In this document: in pieces, positions 9,138 to 18,155 of the stretch | Layout: every line of letters begins with the position of its first letter | Numbering within the stretch: position 1 is the first letter of the stretch | Origin: an uncultured Oscillospiraceae bacterium | Lineage (GTDB): Bacteria; Bacillota; Clostridia; Oscillospirales; Acutalibacteraceae | Assembly (NCBI GenBank): GCA_900544715.1 | Contig: UQWL01000007.1 | Location: forward strand, 35,043 to 99,042 | Reading direction: 5' to 3' | Length of the DNA: 64,000 bases | Made by a program: the position numbers and the translations under genes | Notes under the pieces: model-generated | Databases searched by the model: none | Told to the model about the DNA's origin: nothing | The model's input: the letters and a program-made list of their open reading frames with translations, nothing else

Positions 9138-10037
9138 ATGATGATGCTGTTTACCATTTTATTCGGGGCGCTGGCGGCATTGTTTGCCGCCCTGTTCTTT
9201 TTGCAGCGGGCCAATCTCCGCCGGGCGCGCAGGGCGCTCGGGCAGATCAATCAGGAGGGCGGCAACCGCCGCCTGCACCTCTCCTCTCCGGATGGGGAGC
9301 TGGAAGCTCTTTTTGAGGAGATCAACCGGGCGCTCGACCGGCGGCAGAGCGAGGAGATCCAGCATATGCTTGCAGAGAAAGAATTGCGCCGTCAGATCGC
9401 CAATATCTCCCACGATCTGCGCACGCCGCTCACCTCGATCATCGGCTACCTACAGCTTGCGCAGGCTGAGGGAACGCCCACGGAGGAACGCGCACATGCG
9501 CTGGAGGTGATCGGCGCACGCACACGCTCTCTGCAAATGCTCATCAGCGGTTTCTACGATCTCTCCCGGCTGGATGCAAATGAATACAGCCTCAGCTTGC
9601 AGCAGGTGGATTTGGGCCGGCCTCTCTGTGCGCAGCTCGCCTCCTTTTACGATGATTTTACCCGTAAAAACCTTGTGATGCACGTGGAGGTGCCTCAGCG
9701 CCTGCCGCTCGTGCTGGCGGATGAGGATGCCGCACAGCGTATTTTTGTAAACCTCCTTCAAAATGTGCTGCGGTATGCAGAGAGCGAGGTGTGGGTTACG
9801 GCGCGCGGGGGCGCCGCCGTGACGACCGTGTTTACCAATGACACCAGCTTGATCTCCCAGGAGGATGTACCGCATGTTTTTGACCGGTTTTACACCGGAG
9901 ATCAAACGCGCAGCGGGCGCAATACGGGGCTTGGCCTTGCAATCGTGAAGCGGCTTGCAGAGCAGATGGGCTGTGAGATCCGGGCCTCTCTGGCTGGAAA
10001 CAGGTTTTCCATCTCTATTTTATGGAAGACGATTTAG
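9138..10037 (+). CDS. Sensor histidine kinase with a short intramembrane-sensing N-terminus.
   Basis: A single N-terminal TM segment, then an H-box (ISHDLRTPLTSIIGY) and HATPase_c motifs (NLLQNVLRYA, GLGLAIVKRLAEQMG). An AGAAGAGG RBS precedes the ATG. Confidence 0.8.
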   Translation: MMMLFTILFGALAALFAALFFLQRANLRRARRALGQINQEGGNRRLHLSSPDGELEALFEEINRALDRRQSEEIQHMLAEKELRRQIANISHDLRTPLTSIIGYLQLAQAEGTPTEERAHALEVIGARTRSLQMLISGFYDLSRLDANEYSLSLQQVDLGRPLCAQLASFYDDFTRKNLVMHVEVPQRLPLVLADEDAAQRIFVNLLQNVLRYAESEVWVTARGGAAVTTVFTNDTSLISQEDVPHVFDRFYTGDQTRSGRNTGLGLAIVKRLAEQMGCEIRASLAGNRFSISILWKTI

Positions 10038-10234
10038 GATAACGCTCGCTTGCTTTGTTTTTAAGAATACGGATAGGAATATTTAATACTTGAACATGCG
10101 TTTTGTTGATTATTTCGCTGGCCTCTTATTTTAAAAGGTATAAAATAGGGGCATACGGCGTAAGCGGTCGAATAAATGAGCCCCAAGGGGGGGCGAACGC
10201 GCGTCGGAAATAGAACGGCAAGAGGTGTGGCGGT

Positions 10235-10906
10235 ATGAAAACAGGTAAAAAAGGCGCGGCGGGAAAGGCGTTTGCACAGGGAATGGGTTTTTATAAGCTG
10301 ACTTGGATTTTTGTTATTTGCTGTGTGCTTGGGTTCGCGGTGGAGACGGCCTGGTGCTATCTCCGCTTCGGCTATATCGAAAGCAGAAAGTCATTGATAT
10401 ACGGCCCACTGAGCGTAGCCTATGGCCTGGGCGGCATCATCCTGAGCGTAACACTCAACCGATTTCGGCATTCCTCTAAATGGAAGATTTTCTTGGTGAC
10501 TTTTGTGATCGGGACAGCGGCGGAATATATTTTTTCCTGGGGGGAAGAGCTGTTTTTCGGGCATGTATCATGGGATTACAGTAACGTTCCCTTCAATATT
10601 AACGGGCGCGTCTGCCTGCTTTATTCTGTTTTTTGGGGTGCTCTGGGGCTTGTTTGGGTGAAATACGTGATGCCCGTAATGGATCGATGGATCGAAAAAG
10701 TGCCTCGGACATTGGGTATTGTGCTGACTTGGGTGTTCATCGTTTTTTTCATCGCGGATGTGATCCTTTCCGCGAGCGCTGCGACCCGGAAGAACGCCCG
10801 CGCGGACGGGATTTTACCTGCAAATAAATATGATCAGTTTTTGGATCGTCATTACCCGGATGAACGCATGGACAAAATCTATGCGAACGCACAGAAGGTA
10901 GAATAG
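10235..10906 (+). CDS. Polytopic membrane protein, possibly 'putative ABC-transporter type IV' (PF06541/CmpB-like).
   Basis: Four to five TM segments. The motif ETAWCYLRFGYIESRKSLIYGPLSVAYGLGG resembles that family. I cannot verify this without an HMM search. Confidence 0.4.
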   Translation: MKTGKKGAAGKAFAQGMGFYKLTWIFVICCVLGFAVETAWCYLRFGYIESRKSLIYGPLSVAYGLGGIILSVTLNRFRHSSKWKIFLVTFVIGTAAEYIFSWGEELFFGHVSWDYSNVPFNINGRVCLLYSVFWGALGLVWVKYVMPVMDRWIEKVPRTLGIVLTWVFIVFFIADVILSASAATRKNARADGILPANKYDQFLDRHYPDERMDKIYANAQKVE

Positions 10907-11063
10907 ACGAGCATATTCACGAATAACGCGGTGGGCGGTGTGTTCTTCAGAGAATTGATGAAAATATCTATCCAAAACCTCTCAAATCATGTATAATCAA
11001 TCCAAATAGCGCAGGGAGGCGAAATGCTCTGTGGAAAAATTGATTCAATTTGAGAGGAGAAGG

Positions 11064-13499
11064 ATGAAACCGATGAACGTGAAAGAATTGGTGGAAAAGA
11101 TGACGCTGGAGGAAAAAATCGAGATGTGCTCCGGCGTGGATTTTTGGCATCTCAAGGGCATTGAGCGTCTGGGAATTCCATCCATCATGGTCAGCGACGG
11201 CCCGCACGGCCTGCGCAAGCAGTCGGATAAGGCTGATAACCTTGGCATCAACGACTCGATTCAGGCAGTCTGTTTCCCAACGGCGGCCGGCACGGCGAGC
11301 TCTTTTAACCGGGCGCTCCTGCGCAGCCTTGGCGAAACGCTCGGCGAGGAATGCCAGGCGGAGCATGTGGCGATCCTACTGGGCCCGGCCGTGAATATTA
11401 AGCGCTCGCCGCTTTGCGGGCGCAATTTTGAGTATTTTTCAGAAGACCCGTATCTGGCGGGTGAGATGGCGTCAAGCTACATCAGCGGTGTGCAGAGTAA
11501 ACACGTCGGCACGAGCATCAAGCATTTCGCCGTGAATAACCAGGAGCGCAGGCGCATGACGGTTTCCGCTGTGACAGATGAGCGCGCGCTGCGCGAAATC
11601 TATTTCCCCGCCTTTGAGGCGGCGGTAAAGCAGGCGCAGCCATGGACAGTGATGTGCTCCTATAACCGCATCAATGGTGTTTACTCCTCAGAGAACGAGT
11701 GGCTGCTCGACCAGGTGCTGCGTAAGGATTGGGGCTTCCAGGGCTTTGTCATGACGGACTGGGGCGCGGCGAATGACCATGTTGAGGGCGTCAAGGCCGG
11801 GCTGGAGCTGGAAATGCCGTCGAGCGGTGGAGTTAACAGCGCGCGCATCCGCAAGGGTGTTCAGGAGGGGCGCATCAGGGAGGAAACGCTTGACCGCGCG
11901 GTGCAGCGCATCCTGGAGATTGTGTTCCGCTATGCGGAAAACCGGGATGAAGCGGCCGTCTTTGATCGGGCGGCGGACCATGAAAAGGCGCACCAGGCGG
12001 CGCTGGAAACGATGGTATTGCTCAAAAACGAGGGCGCCCTGCCGCTCCGGAAGGATCAAAAAATTGCCTTTATTGGTGGCTTTGCGGAGCGCCCGCGCTA
12101 TCAGGGCGGCGGCAGTTCGCACATCAACGCCTACCGTGTGGACAGCGCCTTGGAGGCGGTGCAGGGCAAGGCGGATGTTATCTACGCCAAGGGCTTCGAC
12201 ACAGAGGGAGACAGCCTGGATGAAACGCTGCTGCGCGAAGCGGTTGCCGCCGCAAAAACGGCTCAGGTGGCCGTGATTTTTGCCGGCCTGCCGGACTCCT
12301 TTGAATCGGAAGGGTTTGACCGCAAGCACCTGAACCTCCCGCGCTGCCAGAACCGTGTGATCGAAGCGGTCAGCAAGGCACAGCCGAATACAGTGGTCGT
12401 GCTGCACAACGGCTCCCCGGTGCTGATGCCCTGGCTCGGCAGCGTAAACGCCGTGCTGGAATCTTATCTCGGCGGCGAAGCGGTCGGGCAGGCGCAGATC
12501 GACCTGCTCTTTGGGGAGGCCAACCCCTGCGCGAAGCTGGCGGAAACCTTCCCGCTTTCGCTTGCCGATACGCCGTGCGCAAACTATTTCCCCGGCGGCC
12601 CTCTGACAGTGGAATACAGGGAGAGTATTTATGTAGGTTACCGCTATTATGATAAGGCGGAAAAACAGGTGCTGTTCCCCTTTGGGCACGGCCTTTCCTA
12701 CACGCAGTTTGCCTACAGCGGCTTAAAGCTCGATAAAACCCGCTTCAAGGCGGAAAATGGCCTGACGCTCACCTTCCGCGTGCGCAATACCGGCGAGTGG
12801 GATGGCGCGGAGGTTGCGCAGGTTTATGTGGCGGATGTGGAGAGCTCCGTTTTCAAAGCGCCGAAGGAGCTCAAGGGCTTTGAAAAGGTATTTCTTAAGG
12901 CAGGCGAGGAAAAAACGGTGGAAATCCACCTGGATGAGCGGGCCTTTGCATATTACGATACGCAGGCGAAGGCCTGGCGGGTGGAAAGCGGAAAGTATCA
13001 GATCCTCGTAGGCTCCTCCAGCCGGGATATCCGCCTGACGGGCAGCGCGCAGGTGCTCGGCACCCCTGCCCCTAAGGGGGAGCCGGAGGCAAAGAAGCTG
13101 CTGCCAACCTATTATGACGGGCGTTTCGACCGCGTTCCGGATGCGGAATTTGAGGCCCTGCTTGGCCATCCGATCCCCCGTTCCTGGCGCGATCCGTCTG
13201 AGCCCTTTACCCGCGACAACACGATTGACGATGCAAAGAACACGCGCTGGGGCCGCAAAATCATGAAGCTGATCCGCAGATTTGCGAAAATGGACGGCAT
13301 TTCAACGGACGAGATGGCAGTGGCGATGATTGCGGAAATGCCCATCCATAACCTTGCAACGATGTCGCAGGGCGCGGTAACCGAGGAGATGGAAGAAGCG
13401 ATCGTGATGCTTTTTAACGATCAGAAGCCTGCAAAGGCGTTCGGCATCCTGATCTCCGGCGCGGTGAATGCGCTGAAAAAAGTGAAACAGCTGCTGTAG
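11064..13499 (+). CDS. Glycoside hydrolase family 3 beta-glucosidase (BglX-like).
   Basis: GH3 N-terminal motifs (GIPSIMVSDGPHGLR, KHFAVNNQE, FVMTDWGA) and a C-terminal GH3 domain (VVLHNGSPVLMPW) plus fibronectin-like domain. AGGAG RBS and a TGTATAAT promoter upstream. Confidence 0.85.
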   Translation: MKPMNVKELVEKMTLEEKIEMCSGVDFWHLKGIERLGIPSIMVSDGPHGLRKQSDKADNLGINDSIQAVCFPTAAGTASSFNRALLRSLGETLGEECQAEHVAILLGPAVNIKRSPLCGRNFEYFSEDPYLAGEMASSYISGVQSKHVGTSIKHFAVNNQERRRMTVSAVTDERALREIYFPAFEAAVKQAQPWTVMCSYNRINGVYSSENEWLLDQVLRKDWGFQGFVMTDWGAANDHVEGVKAGLELEMPSSGGVNSARIRKGVQEGRIREETLDRAVQRILEIVFRYAENRDEAAVFDRAADHEKAHQAALETMVLLKNEGALPLRKDQKIAFIGGFAERPRYQGGGSSHINAYRVDSALEAVQGKADVIYAKGFDTEGDSLDETLLREAVAAAKTAQVAVIFAGLPDSFESEGFDRKHLNLPRCQNRVIEAVSKAQPNTVVVLHNGSPVLMPWLGSVNAVLESYLGGEAVGQAQIDLLFGEANPCAKLAETFPLSLADTPCANYFPGGPLTVEYRESIYVGYRYYDKAEKQVLFPFGHGLSYTQFAYSGLKLDKTRFKAENGLTLTFRVRNTGEWDGAEVAQVYVADVESSVFKAPKELKGFEKVFLKAGEEKTVEIHLDERAFAYYDTQAKAWRVESGKYQILVGSSSRDIRLTGSAQVLGTPAPKGEPEAKKLLPTYYDGRFDRVPDAEFEALLGHPIPRSWRDPSEPFTRDNTIDDAKNTRWGRKIMKLIRRFAKMDGISTDEMAVAMIAEMPIHNLATMSQGAVTEEMEEAIVMLFNDQKPAKAFGILISGAVNALKKVKQLL

Positions 13500-13555
13500 C
13501 AAAGCTGCAAAGCCCGCTCCATAGAAATAAAGCGAAAAAATTGTAAAAAGTGCGA

Positions 13556-13594
13556 TTTTGGGCGCAGATACGCAAGCTGTATCCGCGCCCAAAA
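13556..13594 (+). terminator. Hairpin downstream of the GH3 gene, a weak or bidirectional terminator.
   Basis: TTTTGGGCGC(A)GATAC-GCAAGCT-GTATC(C)GCGCCCAAAA. It is A-rich upstream, and a T-run follows on the opposite strand. Confidence 0.4.
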
Positions 13595-14266
13595 GCTTGT
13601 TTCTAAGCAGTCAAAACGGATTATGCGAAGGAGATCCTAGACTATCGAAGAAGCCAAATTGAAAAAAGTGCACAAAAAGCCTCGTTGCGAATTGCCTACG
13701 TAACCAGCGTCTATTTGCAGAATCTGATGGCGTGGCTCGCGAGGGGATTTGACTGCTACGCAATGCGTAGCATGCGAGCGGTCAAACGAGCGGTCAAATT
13801 GTTTGAGCGCCGGTGACTATGCGCTTGCTTCGCAAGCACAGCGAGTTTTTTGGCGTCCCGCCAAACGGGTTCTATTGTGCATCAGCGCTTCTCGCTGTCG
13901 ATGTGCCAGTGCCAAAGCGAACGCGTAGCGTTCACTTCCAGTTTCTTTGCACCCTTTTCTGTGCTTTATCCGGGGAATGGGGCTGTTGCAAAGTGCAAAG
14001 CATTTTGCAACAGAGTCACCCCCTTTCTCTATTGACGCATTGTTTTTTCGCATAACCAGGCATACAAAGCCGTATAAGTACTGTAGCGATTGTAATGGAA
14101 AGACGCCGCAGGCCGTTGAAAGTTCGATCCCCAAAAACACAAGGTTTGCCCGCCAGTATCCCGGCGCAGAAATAAAAACGAAACCAGGCGGCAACTTTTT
14201 GCCCCCTGCACGGCTCTACTAAGGTAGAGAGCCATTGTAAAGCGGCCCGTCCGCAGGAGGAAAAGG

Positions 14267-14875
14267 GTGAGGAAGTTGAAACAAGAATCGCTGGATGCCG
14301 CATTTACAAAGCTGTATGAAGAAACTTATGATACCGTGCTGCGCTATATCATCTGCCGCTGTGCAGCCCCGTCAGACATTGGCGACCTGGTGCAAAACAC
14401 CTACCTGGCCCTTTATCAGCGCCTGCGCCGATCAGGAGAGCCCGTGCGTGATCCGCAGCATTATGTCATGCGCATCGCCCGCAATGAGCTTTATCATCAT
14501 TATGGCGCCGCCAGCATGCTGCGAAACTGCCTGCCCGTTTTTTCCCCGCACGATGAGGAGGAATCCTTTGAAGCCGTCGAACGCGAGCTGCTGGATGTGG
14601 AGGCGGATCCAGATGACCAAGTCCTCTGCGATGAAATTTGGGAGTTCCTCTCCCGTGGCGATCCGCTGACCTTCCGCATTTTTATCCTTTATTTCTCGCA
14701 GGACCTGGGCTTATGTGAAATCGCACAGGCCCTCCATGTCAATGAAAACACTGTCAAAAGCCGTCTGTACCGCACGCTCAAGAAATTAAAAGAAACATTC
14801 CAATGGCAGGAGGATGAGGCGCTGCATGAAACGAAGAGATTTATTCCGGCAGGCGATGAATCAGCATCTACCTGA
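14267..14875 (+). CDS. ECF-type RNA polymerase sigma factor (sigma-70 family).
   Basis: Region 2 (DLVQNTYLALYQRL) and region 4 (LCEIAQALHVNENTVKSRLYRTLKKL) are both present. Confidence 0.8.
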   Translation: MRKLKQESLDAAFTKLYEETYDTVLRYIICRCAAPSDIGDLVQNTYLALYQRLRRSGEPVRDPQHYVMRIARNELYHHYGAASMLRNCLPVFSPHDEEESFEAVERELLDVEADPDDQVLCDEIWEFLSRGDPLTFRIFILYFSQDLGLCEIAQALHVNENTVKSRLYRTLKKLKETFQWQEDEALHETKRFIPAGDESAST

Positions 14876-15833
14876 CCAAAAAAATATACTGAATACCATT
14901 CTTGCTGAGGCGCCCACATCAGCACCCCGCCATACCGGCGGAAAGCGAGCCTTTGCCGCAGTGCTGGCGGCAGTGCTATTGGCTGCCAGCGGAACGCTCT
15001 ATTATTTTTTCGGCCAGCCCCATGAGCGCCAGCCCGAAATTGTAGAAAGCGCGGAACTCCGCCTCTTTGCCGCTGGCAACACTGCTGTGCCGGAGAGCGC
15101 CACCGAATTAGAGCCCAATATTGAGTTTCAGATGCCTATGTGGGGAAGCTGGCTCGATGAAAATTCAGGCGGCGCATCCGCAGGCTCACTCACACCGATA
15201 GAGCAGCGCAGCGCGCTCGGCATCCGGGGGGAAGGCCTCCAGTCCTATACCATCTCCTGTGATAACGGCCGCCTCGTCTACTGCCCGGAAGTTCACTCCG
15301 AGTTGCTGCAAAAAGCGGTCAATGGAGAGGGGAGCCCCTCTGAATCCCGCTATATGTCCTATATTTTCCTGCCAGCGGGGGTCTCCCTTCAGGAAGCTTC
15401 CACACATGCGCTGAAAAGCGACGCCGCCTACTTTGAGCAGATTTTGAAAGCCGAGAGCTATCAATCGCTGCGGGACCGCTATTTTGACGGCGCGGAAGTC
15501 AGCCTGGATGGCGCCAGCTTATCCATTTTGCAAACAGACTCCGGCGGGGTCATCCTCAGCGCTCTGCGCACGGGATGGGAGCAAGACCCGCTGCCGCAAT
15601 ACGCCGGCCAATCAATTACTGTCATGCGCCCGCAGGAAAGCGCGGGGATCAATTGGGAGCCCTCCACGGAAGATTACCGCAAGTTTTATGGGAATGAACC
15701 ATTCTCCTATGCGGATTTTGGCTCGGCTACCATCACCGTCCACGCACAATTCCGGGGCGGTAAACAAGTGGAAAAGCATCTGTTCGTCTATTTCAGCGAG
15801 GATGGCTATCAAACCTATAAGCTGTTGGATTGA
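14826..15833 (+). CDS. Putative membrane-anchored anti-sigma factor (one TM, extracytoplasmic domain of unknown fold).
   Basis: The ATG overlaps the sigma 3' end and follows an AGGAGG RBS. A short cytoplasmic N-terminus is followed by a TM segment (AFAAVLAAVLLAASGTLYYFF) and about 270 extracytoplasmic residues. Confidence 0.45.
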   Translation: MKRRDLFRQAMNQHLPDQKNILNTILAEAPTSAPRHTGGKRAFAAVLAAVLLAASGTLYYFFGQPHERQPEIVESAELRLFAAGNTAVPESATELEPNIEFQMPMWGSWLDENSGGASAGSLTPIEQRSALGIRGEGLQSYTISCDNGRLVYCPEVHSELLQKAVNGEGSPSESRYMSYIFLPAGVSLQEASTHALKSDAAYFEQILKAESYQSLRDRYFDGAEVSLDGASLSILQTDSGGVILSALRTGWEQDPLPQYAGQSITVMRPQESAGINWEPSTEDYRKFYGNEPFSYADFGSATITVHAQFRGGKQVEKHLFVYFSEDGYQTYKLLD

Positions 15834-15872
15834 TCAGGCCGTTCTTTGCGACCAGAAAAAGAATCGACAAAT

Positions 15873-15918
15873 CCCCCTCTGATGTAGTCGTATGTTTCTA
15901 CAGCAGGGGGGGTTTTTG
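15873..15918 (+). terminator. Intrinsic terminator after the sigma/anti-sigma pair.
   Basis: CCCCCTCTGATGTAGTCGTATGTTTCTACAGCAGGGGGGG followed by TTTTT. Confidence 0.55.
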
Positions 15919-16117
15919 TCAAAAGCAGGGGGAAAGGAGGGCATTGCTCTTCACCGTCGTGGAGTTGCAGCAAGCAGAACAGGCCTTCTAAAAACACATT
16001 GCCCTGCCCCATTGCCTGCGTAAACCTGGGAACCTTTAAGGCTTTGAAGCGCCGTTCCCTTTTGGATGCCGCTTTTTTCTCCGCTAAATGATCAGCTTCT
16101 TTTTCATTTGATAATTA

Positions 16118-16146
16118 TTGACATTTATGTAATATTTATGTATCAT
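16118..16146 (+). promoter_or_regulatory. Consensus-like promoter (TTGACA, 17 nt, TATCAT) driving a small ORF.
   Basis: TTGACA is at 16118-16123 and TATCAT at 16141-16146, 17 nt apart, in an AT-rich context. Confidence 0.5.
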
Positions 16147-16247
16147 ATGATGAGCCGTCCGGTGATGTCGCTGCGCCGCCTAACAGCCGCGGCCGTCAAC
16201 ATATGCTTTCTGCATCAGGCCGTGGCTGGTTGAAAGGATGAATCGAT

Positions 16248-16331
16248 ATGGCCGACACTATGATCCTCGTTGCGCTGCTTCTGATCCTCGCCACTGGTTA
16301 CCTGCAAACCACACAGAGAAAACTCCGGTAA
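16248..16331 (+). CDS. 27-aa hydrophobic peptide (MADTMILVALLLILATGYLQTTQRKLR), a candidate small membrane protein or type I toxin.
   Basis: GAAAGGATGAATCGAT RBS about 8 nt before the ATG. The single TM helix is followed by a basic tail. It has its own promoter and a convergent terminator. It is not in the ORF track, which lists only ORFs of 60 aa or more. Confidence 0.35.
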   Translation: MADTMILVALLLILATGYLQTTQRKLR

Positions 16332-16357
16332 AAACGCGCTGCACGCTTTGCGCATGC

Positions 16358-16392
16358 CGTAAAAACCGCCCGGCCCATTCCTCAGGCACGGG
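16358..16392 (-). terminator. Intrinsic terminator for the DUF2804 gene on the minus strand.
   Basis: The reverse strand reads AGCCGCCCGTGCCTGAGGAATGGGCCGGGCGG followed by TTTTT. Confidence 0.55.
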
Positions 16393-16444
16393 CGGCTATC
16401 ACAGAATGATCGGCTAAGCGGCAATCCTGCCGGACGGCTTTCCT

Positions 16445-17467
16445 TTAATACTTATTATGTACATCCTCTGCGAAGCACATCAAATCCTTGATCTCCAAAA
16501 CCGTGCCGTCATCGAGCACCGCCTTGCCGGACATCCGCCCAAACACCTGATGCTGATCGGTAACGATCAATTTCACGTCGATTTTTGCAGCACGGTCGAG
16601 CACCGGCACAAAATCCATTTCAAACCGCCCGTCTGAGGAGGTAAATGTCCATGGTTTCATATAGTCACTTTTATCGATATGGAAGGTAATGTCGTCAAGC
16701 TTATGGCAAACGCCGTCGTAGAAGAGCATGTTTTCGCTCGCCGCGCTCGTATCGCCAAAGCCATAGCCGATATTGAAGCCGAAGGGTTTGCCGTTTACAA
16801 CGCCATTGCCGGAGCCCCAATACCAGCGGTTGTCATACGTCCATACGCCGCGCCCCCAGTCGAGCGTGCCGAAATCCGTTTCCGGATGGAAAACGTACTC
16901 CTTGCCGTCAAACACCGCCTTGCCGCTTGCCCGCATGCAATTGATCTTCTGATTGTAATAGAAAGCCGTCTCCTTTTCCTGCCACGGCGTAGCGATCACC
17001 ATCGTATCCATCGGCGGCTGCTCCAGTGTGATATCGCAGGAGAAAGGCTTGCCGTCACAGAAGTTTTTGAAATCACAGCGGATGCGGCGCTGCCCGTCCG
17101 TTTTGATAAATTCCATCGCCAGCCGCTTATCACGGTATACGACATTTCCCCTCGCCGAGGTGGAGGGCATTTTCATCTTCCCCATGGGGAAGGCGTTCAG
17201 GATGGTTTCCGTGTGCTCCCACGGTTTGGTAAAATCAAGCAGGGAAACGGACTGCAGGCCGATATATCCATCGTCCGACAGGGTAAATGCGCAGGCAAAC
17301 TGATCGCTGAGCACCAGATAATAATCCCACTCCTTTATGCGGAATTTCGGCGCTTTGATCGCCCTCCTGTCATACACCTGCACCAAATCCTTGGACCAGC
17401 CCGGTTCAATCAGCCGGCCGTTCGCATCTAGAAGCTGATGCCTTTGGGTCACTTCATGGTTTCTCAC
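16445..17467 (-). CDS. DUF2804-like hypothetical protein.
   Basis: 340-aa soluble protein (WDYYLVLSD...YYNQKINCM...RWYWGSGNG). The family assignment is from memory, not a computed search. Confidence 0.5.
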   Translation of the reverse strand: MRNHEVTQRHQLLDANGRLIEPGWSKDLVQVYDRRAIKAPKFRIKEWDYYLVLSDQFACAFTLSDDGYIGLQSVSLLDFTKPWEHTETILNAFPMGKMKMPSTSARGNVVYRDKRLAMEFIKTDGQRRIRCDFKNFCDGKPFSCDITLEQPPMDTMVIATPWQEKETAFYYNQKINCMRASGKAVFDGKEYVFHPETDFGTLDWGRGVWTYDNRWYWGSGNGVVNGKPFGFNIGYGFGDTSAASENMLFYDGVCHKLDDITFHIDKSDYMKPWTFTSSDGRFEMDFVPVLDRAAKIDVKLIVTDQHQVFGRMSGKAVLDDGTVLEIKDLMCFAEDVHNKY

Positions 17468-17787
17468 GTTTGATCGCTCCTCTCAAATTGCTTGCAAAGC
17501 TCTTGTTGCCATTATAAACAATTTTGGGTGCAAAAGAAATGCCTTTTCATAAATATATCCGAGTTTTCCAATCGAGTTAAACTTGCTCCGGCAGGCGCGC
17601 TTGCGGGGGGCCTTTCCCAGCCCCTTTTTCAGCGGCGGCGCCCTGAAAAAATGTGGCAAGCTCTTGCTTTTTTCGTCCTTTATGTTACAATGGGAAAGAC
17701 AAGGAACCATCTTGGCGGGAGCGTTGCGGCCTTCTTTACCGCCGCCTTTTCGCCCCGGTTCTGAACAAAAAAGGAGGTACATCATCC

Positions 17788-17958
17788 ATGGCATATGTAA
17801 TTTCTGACGAATGCATTTCCTGCGGCGCCTGCGAAGCAGATTGCCCTGTTTCCGCAATCTCTGAAGGCGACGGCAAGTATGTCATCGACGCGGATACCTG
17901 CATCGATTGCGGCGCCTGCGCCGGCACCTGCCCGGTAGGAGCGCCTCACGAGGCATAA
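17788..17958 (+). CDS. fdx: Clostridial-type 2[4Fe-4S] ferredoxin (56 aa).
   Basis: MAYVISDECISCGACEADCPV...CIDCGACAGTCPV carries two CxxCxxCxxxCP motifs. AAGGAGG RBS upstream. Confidence 0.9.
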   Translation: MAYVISDECISCGACEADCPVSAISEGDGKYVIDADTCIDCGACAGTCPVGAPHEA

Positions 17959-17982
17959 ATTGCAAGGTATTTCAAACGGCGG

Positions 17983-18013
17983 GAAGAGGAGCCTTCGGGC
18001 TCCTCTTTTTGTT
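17983..18013 (+). terminator. Intrinsic terminator after the ferredoxin gene.
   Basis: GAAGAGGAGCC-TTCG-GGCTCCTCTT followed by TTTGTTT. Confidence 0.7.
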
Positions 18014-18155
18014 TGATTCAATCGGGCGGCGAACCGGCTTCGTCGCCCTTTGCTCTCCATTCACAATGATTTGCTATTTTTTTTGCAGACCATGCAACAA
18101 TTTTGCTGCTGACAGACACTATTCTACCGAGGGACGGTAAAGGGGGAAACGTTTC

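Noticed and set aside
11688-12689. 333-aa minus-strand ORF inside the GH3 beta-glucosidase gene.
   Set aside because: It is antisense to a well-supported gene. Its composition is Arg/Ala/Gln-biased and protein-unlike.
14090-14140. tRNA-like GTTCGATCCCC motif in the 770-bp gap.
   Set aside because: The flanking sequence cannot form a T-arm or acceptor stem, and no cloverleaf is possible. It is a coincidental T-loop-like pentamer.
16679-17431. 250-aa plus-strand ORF overlapping the DUF2804 gene.
   Set aside because: It is antisense to a better-supported gene. It has no RBS and a low-complexity product.
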